Shown here: piece after piece, positions 58,007 to 64,000 of the stretch
How the letters are laid out: the number at the start of each line of letters is the position of its first letter
Position numbering within the stretch: the first letter of the stretch is position 1
Source of the DNA: Podarcis filfolensis
Lineage: Eukaryota
DNA length: 64,000 nt
Reading direction: 5' to 3' (one strand)
NCBI GenBank assembly: GCA_964270895.1
Contig: OZ185436.1
Notes under the pieces: model-generated
What the model saw: the letters and a program-made list of their open reading frames with translations, nothing else
Database searches by the model: none
What the model was told of the DNA's origin: nothing
Program-made: the position numbers and the translations under genes

Positions 58007-61000
58007 GTAAGTCCTGCTTTTTGCCCTGTTTTGACTTTGCTGTGATGCAGGGCTCAGCGAAAAGTCCACGGCTCTTTCCCTTGACAGGCCACACAGCCTC
58101 GCAGGGAATGAAAGCAAGGCAGGTGGATTGAGCCTGCTTGTTTTTCCACCTTTGGGGGGGAATGTGTAAATCTGTGCTAGCCTAAATTTCCCATATGGAC
58201 ATGTTGGGAAAGCAGAGAAGCTTTTGACTCGGTGTAGCTGCTGTTTTGGGTCAGTGGGCAAGAAAACCTCCTCCCCCATCACCTTATCCCATCTTTTAAC
58301 AATTGTATATTTCACTGCCTGTGAATGTCTTGGATTGGTCTCCCTCCCTTGCAGATTTCACCCTTAAAACTATCATGAATGGACAGACCGCAGCACTGTG
58401 TTCTCTCAATGTTGGTTAAGATGTTTGGTGCTTGGCTGGCAACTCTAGCCCCGTTCTCTTGTTTTATCTGGCAAAGGCAGGGGTTGGTAACTCTCTCCTG
58501 TTATGTGTGTCAATAGTTTTAAAGAGACATGAAAGTGGTTTTTTAGTATTGCTTCCTCCATGCACTCACATTTCTATTACCTCTGGGTTTTGTGTGCATT
58601 TTGAAGCACTACAAAAACCTACCAAACCTATTAGATGTGGGAGCTGGATGGAGGAGATCTCTCAACACCCCTCTCTCCCCAAAGCGATTTGTTTTTCAAG
58701 CCAACTCTGGCTCATGAGGCATTGATGGGGCTGTATCGGTTCTTCTGTTATAGTTTGAAGAGGGAATTAATTATCTATGCACCCCCTCCAAAATCCATTG
58801 AAGACAGTGTGCTGAGAAGGATGGAGGAGGCCTGCAAAATATGTGTGCTAAAACACAGATCAGACCTATGCTCTTATCTTCTCCATCACAATCACTGATG
58901 GCGTTAATCATAGAAGCTGCAAGAGGAAGAATCTGAGAGGCAGAGAGGTATCAGGATAATTGGATCCTCTTCCTAGAGGCAGGCCAGCCTCTGTGTCCCA
59001 GAAAAGCTGAACTTTTACAAGATGAAAATACATGTTTTGGTTATCTATTGAAGATGGGCACTATGCAAAATCAGCTCTAACTATTGGATGAAGGCTATGG
59101 GTTCTGTGGTGACCAAATAATCTAAGGTGTCCTCAGTTCAGCCACTGCTGTTCACAAATCTGCAAGACTGGAGTGCTGTTGTTCCCATTCCCCAAATGAA
59201 CTTAGGGATAGGAATGGAAGTTCACCTGAGGCCAGTCAGTGCAGAGCTCCAGCATAGATCAGTTGACCAGGGACCATAGCTAGTACTGTATGAGGTTTGC
59301 CAAAACTGCTTGGGCAGGTGCTGCTGGACTATTAGAAATTCAAAGTATTTATTTATTTAAGGTATTCATATGCTGCTTAAATGCTGAAGTGTCCAAGCCG
59401 CTCTCAGATAGCTCCAGTGTGCAGGAGCAGCACAGGGGCCTATAACCTTTTGGGCCAAAGCAGGTCCCTTTCAAAAGGTCTTTTGAAATCTCAGCTTTCG
59501 CACAGAAAGCAAAGAACAAGTCATTACACTGACTTGCCTTACATTGAGACTTTTTGATTTCCATGATTGCTAATGCACACATTTTTATATGTTTCTCCTC
59601 TGAGCACTAAATACGAGTGCTCTCATTATTATCTGATGGGTAAGCGGCATTCCCCTAATTTTTCAGTGTTGGCTGCAGTTCCATACAATTTTGCCACCCC
59701 TCAAATGGGCTTAAATGTGGATTTCTGCAGAAAGGTACCTGATGGTACATTTGGACTGGAATAGATGGTCCTGGATGAGCATCTTCCCTGCAGCTCAGCT
59801 AGTGTTTAATGAACTGAAAATACTATGTGCTTGCTGTCAGTGGGGAGGATATAGTAGAGAGGAATGCTCATGCCCTTTTGGTGATGAATGTTATTAGGAA
59901 AAGACAGATGAGGCTGGCTCTTTAAAAGGTGCTTTCATCATTGGCCACAGTTTGTCAGAGATGGAAGAAATATACCCTGGCGCTTAATTAAAACAGCACG
60001 GAATTTGCAAGAGGGAGGGAGGAGGCCTTGCTGCGCTCAGAGAAGCAAAATTATTGATGCTCAGTATTGACTGGGAAAGTTTACCTGCATCTGCAATGTC
60101 ACTATTCTCCCCCCCGTCCCCCAATTAACAACAGTAACATATCCTTTATTGGCACAGCTGCCTAGCTGCTGCAAGCAGAAATCGGCAGGGAACTTAACTC
60201 TGTTGTAGAAGATTATGAGCTCCAGTTGTTTAGGTCTTCTGTTGGACAAATACTTTTGCACAATTGCAACTAATTCCTGCAGACGTTTATGCATCAGTAA
60301 TCAGTCGCTGAATGTGCTTTGATGTGCTAGACTGGAGGATAAATTGCTGTCTGGACTGCCTCCCTAAGCTTTTCCAAAGCGGATATCTGATGAATATGGA
60401 GGCTATGATCATAGGCCTCACTCCCAAATCTTATATCAACTGCGTGCACCACTTTATCCTCTCAATGTACAATGTAGGGAACAGTGAGGCAATACTATTG
60501 TTGCACACGAAGGTTTTGTCTGGGTGCACAGCTCTGCAGAAACACCATGTTTGTATTTTGTGCAGCACATGATGAAGGCAGGATTGTGGGGAAGACAGGA
60601 GGATTTGGTGGTAGATCTGCCCTGTTCATTAGTCAGACAAAAGGCCTCTTTCATCCTCCTGGCTGTGCGCTAATGAGGGAAAGGAACACAATTAATGTGA
60701 CGGCTGGGAAAAGGGAGGCAAGCTGGCATTTGGTGCCACAGCCTCCGAGAGAGACAATTGCTCTTTAGTGAGAGTTTTTGACAAGCTCATCGGCAGCAGT
60801 GCCCAAGATGGGAGATGGGCCAGCTTATGATTAGCTGGGCTTCACAATGAAGGGTTTCAGGAGATGAGGTGGCAGTGAAGTTGCCTTCTGTCCAAGTGGC
60901 AGTGTGTTATTTTGGCAACAACACACTCATTAAAGAATGTGTCGTTCCCCCCCGTTTGTTTTATTCCTGGGTGAATGCCAGAGATGCTCTCTTTTCATAA

Positions 61001-62018
61001 TTCAGTTGTAGACCAAATGCAGTGTGCAGTTCAGATTTCCAGGATGCAGAGACCCTGATCTTAGCTATACTTCCTGCTCTGGATTTGAATTCATGGCTTC
61101 AACTTGATCCCACACTTCCTCACAGGAAGCAAACACCGTGAGGCAGGCTCTGGAGTGCAAATGCATTGAACTCCACCTGATCTAGGCAGGGCTTAAGCTT
61201 CAGCTGGTGCAAATCCAAAGTAAGAGGGGAGGGAAACAGCAAAAGGCTTTCAAACAGTTCTGGAAGTTTTGACGACCTGGGACTCCAAAGCGCAGCATCG
61301 CCTGTTGCCATACTGACACCAGTTGAGTGACAGGTGGGCAGCCTGCCAGCCTTGTACAAAGGTTCCCCATCCCTGATGTAGGATGTTTTCACATTAGTGG
61401 ATTAACACACAGCAAGGTTGTTTTGCAATCTGCTGTCTTCCTTCTATTGTACCCTTCCTCCACCCCAAATTTTGCACAATCTCATAGCTTCTCTCCCCTG
61501 GTTCTTCATTTTTATCCTGCATGCTTGCCATGCATGCATGCTACCCTCTCTCATCCTTCCCTTCTCCAGTTAGGCACACCTGTTGGTACCTCTTCCTGCC
61601 TTAGACAGGCTGCAGGGAAAATAATATAAGCCGCCTTGAGCCTCTACACCAATTATAAAATTAATTTGACATTTTTATGTAGCAGAAGTCTTTTAAAAAT
61701 TTAGACAGACGCCACTGCCAAGATCATTTCCCTGTCTGGTTACTCATGGCAATAATTGATCCTTGCCCAGAATCTGAGTTAATTCTATTTGAAGTCAGGA
61801 CATCAGTAATTTGCAAGGCAATATTTTTAATTACTGAGTAGTGATTGTGAGGATTGTTGACTTAAAGAAAGGAGTGAGATTTAGTTTACCAAATGTTGTA
61901 AAGACACTTGAGCCTCTATACTCAGTCTTGCTAACTTCTGCCCACTGAAAAAAATCCCTGCAGTGGAGGATAGAGATGGACACTTACTCCCCACTTAAAG
62001 ATTACATGTTTCCAAATG

Positions 62019-62257
62019 CAGGGGTACCTTAGTTTAAGAACAGCTCTGTTTACGAACTATTCAGTATATGAACTCCACAAAACCAGAATTAGTGTTCCGG
62101 TTAGTGAACTTTACCTCTGTCTACAAACGAAGGCCAAACGGTTGAAGGGCCGGTGGCGGGAGGCCTCATTAGGGAAAGCGCACCTCAGTTTAAGAACAGC
62201 TTTGGTTTAAGAATGGACTTTCGGAACGGATTAAGTTCGTAAACTGAGGTACCACTG
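62019..62257. mobile_element. Tigger-like MITE (third variant)
   Basis: CAGGGGTACCTTAG...CTGAGGTACCACTG|TA. Confidence 0.75.
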
Positions 62258-63656
62258 TACTAGCCTGTTATGTTCCCTTCCCTCTCAGATTTCTGCCTGT
62301 TCCAGGAAGGCAGTTCATGAGAAGGCTGACATGCAAGAAGACAGATGAGCACAGAATGTCAGAGATTTGTTTTTTTGTTTATAAAGTTCCAAAAATGTGT
62401 TGGAAGTGAGTGAATGTGCTGGCTAGAGCAGTTAAAAATAAAATCCACAGTGGCCCAGTGATCTGTACATCTTGCAGACGCTTCAAGAGAACTCAGTGGT
62501 TCCCTTTAATGTAGTTGTAGCATCCTTTTCTGTATTTATTTTACATTTAGATGCTGTGATCCTGTACATTTACAAGTGTCAAGAAGGAGCAGAAATTCAA
62601 CAAAGGCCTTTTTACCCTGTCATGATAGCACAAGGCTGGGAAAAGCTACAACCTTAGCATTTCTGCCTATCACGTGTCTGTTTAAGGCATAGAATCCATA
62701 GCGACAAAAAATGGCAATCCTAAATACCTGTGATTACTCATAAATATTATGTATGCAAATAGTGAGGGCCTGATTTATAGCTGTTGCATCACTATATGTG
62801 GCAACAAATGGATGGGGCTGAGGTTTACAGAAGATAAAAAGAGGCTGCTCAATGTAGGCCACTTGTTGGGTTAACAAAAGCAGGCGTTCTCAAACTATCT
62901 GCTCCCTAGGACCCATTTGGAACAGGCGAAAATTACTGAAGCACACCCATCACAAAATGGTGGCAGATGGATGCAGACTTCGGCATAAGCAGCTAGCCGT
63001 TGCTGACATCACCTTCTAGTTACACCTAATCCATCTTTTGAAATGGCCTACTTCTTTGCCACAGCAATTTCCTTGCGTCAATGAGTTCCATAGCTCTGCT
63101 TACTACAGACATTTGCTCTGGAGGTAAGGTGTACCTCAGCCTTCCTATTTTAGGCGGAATTTGCTAATCCAGAGGCTCCTAATTAGAGAACTTCATTTTT
63201 TTCTTTTATATTTTTATCATCCCAACTCTGCATGCCTCTCAAAGTATTTTTGCTCATCTCCTGTGATTTATTTTCCCTTTCTTTCACACTGAACTTGGAC
63301 TCAACTGCCATTTCACTTGGTCCTTTAATGTAAAACAGCTTTCTTCATTTCTATTCATAAATACATACAGCGCTTTTTTCTGGGCACCTCCTTTCCCCCC
63401 AAATGTTAAAAGTGTGGCACTTGCTGTAACAACTTCACGGTCAGTACCGACAACTTCTTCTATTTTTTTTAAAAAGCCGTGCATACATACATACATAATT
63501 TGATTTGTATGCTGCCCTTCCACAGTTCAAACTATGCTCAAGGCAGCTTAAAACAGCTTTCTCCTCAGAGGAAGGGGGACATTTCTTTCCTCCGCTCCTT
63601 CCCACCCCCCACCCCGTCTCCAGCCATGTTTTCTCACCATGTAAGCAGTTGCCTGA

Positions 63657-64000
63657 GGGACGTGGGTGGCGCTGTGGCTTAAACCACAGAGCCTAGGACT
63701 TGCTGATCAGAAGGTCGGCGGTTCGAATCCCCGCGACAGGGTGAGCTCCCGTTGCTCGGTCCCTGCTCCTGCCAACCTAGCAGTTCGAAAGCACCTCAAA
63801 CTGCAAGTAGATAAATAGGTACCGCTCCGGCGGGAAGATAAACGGCGTTTCCGTGCACTGCTCTGGTTCGCCAGAAGCGGTTTAGTCATGCTGGCCACAT
63901 GACCCAGAAGCTGTACGCCGGCTCCCTCAGCCAATAAAGCTTGATGAGCACCGCAACCCCAGAGTCGGCCACAACTGGACATAATGATCAGTGGTCCCTT
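63657..64000 (+). mobile_element. Sauria SINE, runs to the window end
   Basis: gggacgtgggtggcgctgtg head and full body. Confidence 0.92.

Noticed and set aside
58007-64000. USH1G exon 2
   Set aside because: No GDPDKCDIWGNTPLH-like sequence or long ORF was found; the exon is presumably beyond the window.
1-64000. CRISPR array, operon or novel multi-gene system
   Set aside because: This is eukaryotic DNA. The recurring sequences are dispersed TEs with TSDs, and all convincing coding signal is explained by four known genes in conserved order.

Overview
Vertebrate (squamate, probably lacertid lizard, judged from Sauria SINE, BovB and Squam3-like SINE content) genomic window syntenic with human 17q25.1. 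Four genes reconstruct exon by exon with consistent phases. HID1 (+): last 16 coding exons, 2622-26321. OTOP3 (-): 6 coding exons, 39427-31935, about 605 aa, with one predicted GC-AG intron. OTOP2 (-): 6 coding exons, 54604-46932, about 598 aa. USH1G/SANS (+): first coding exon, 57843-58006, head-to-head with OTOP2. Non-coding DNA is rich in TEs: seven Sauria SINEs, BovB and L2 LINE pieces, Tigger-like, Tc2-like, hAT and Harbinger-like MITEs, and a solo LTR. There are two assembly gaps. I see no new gene system. The best second-look items are: a solo LTR nested in a SINE, a TA-CAG-TA excision-type footprint inside a MITE, a young hAT MITE pair carrying a TTAGGG-containing minisatellite, the OTOP3 GC donor, and a duplicated HID1 splice acceptor. 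Gene names and comparisons with human or mouse proteins rest on recalled sequences, not on a database search.
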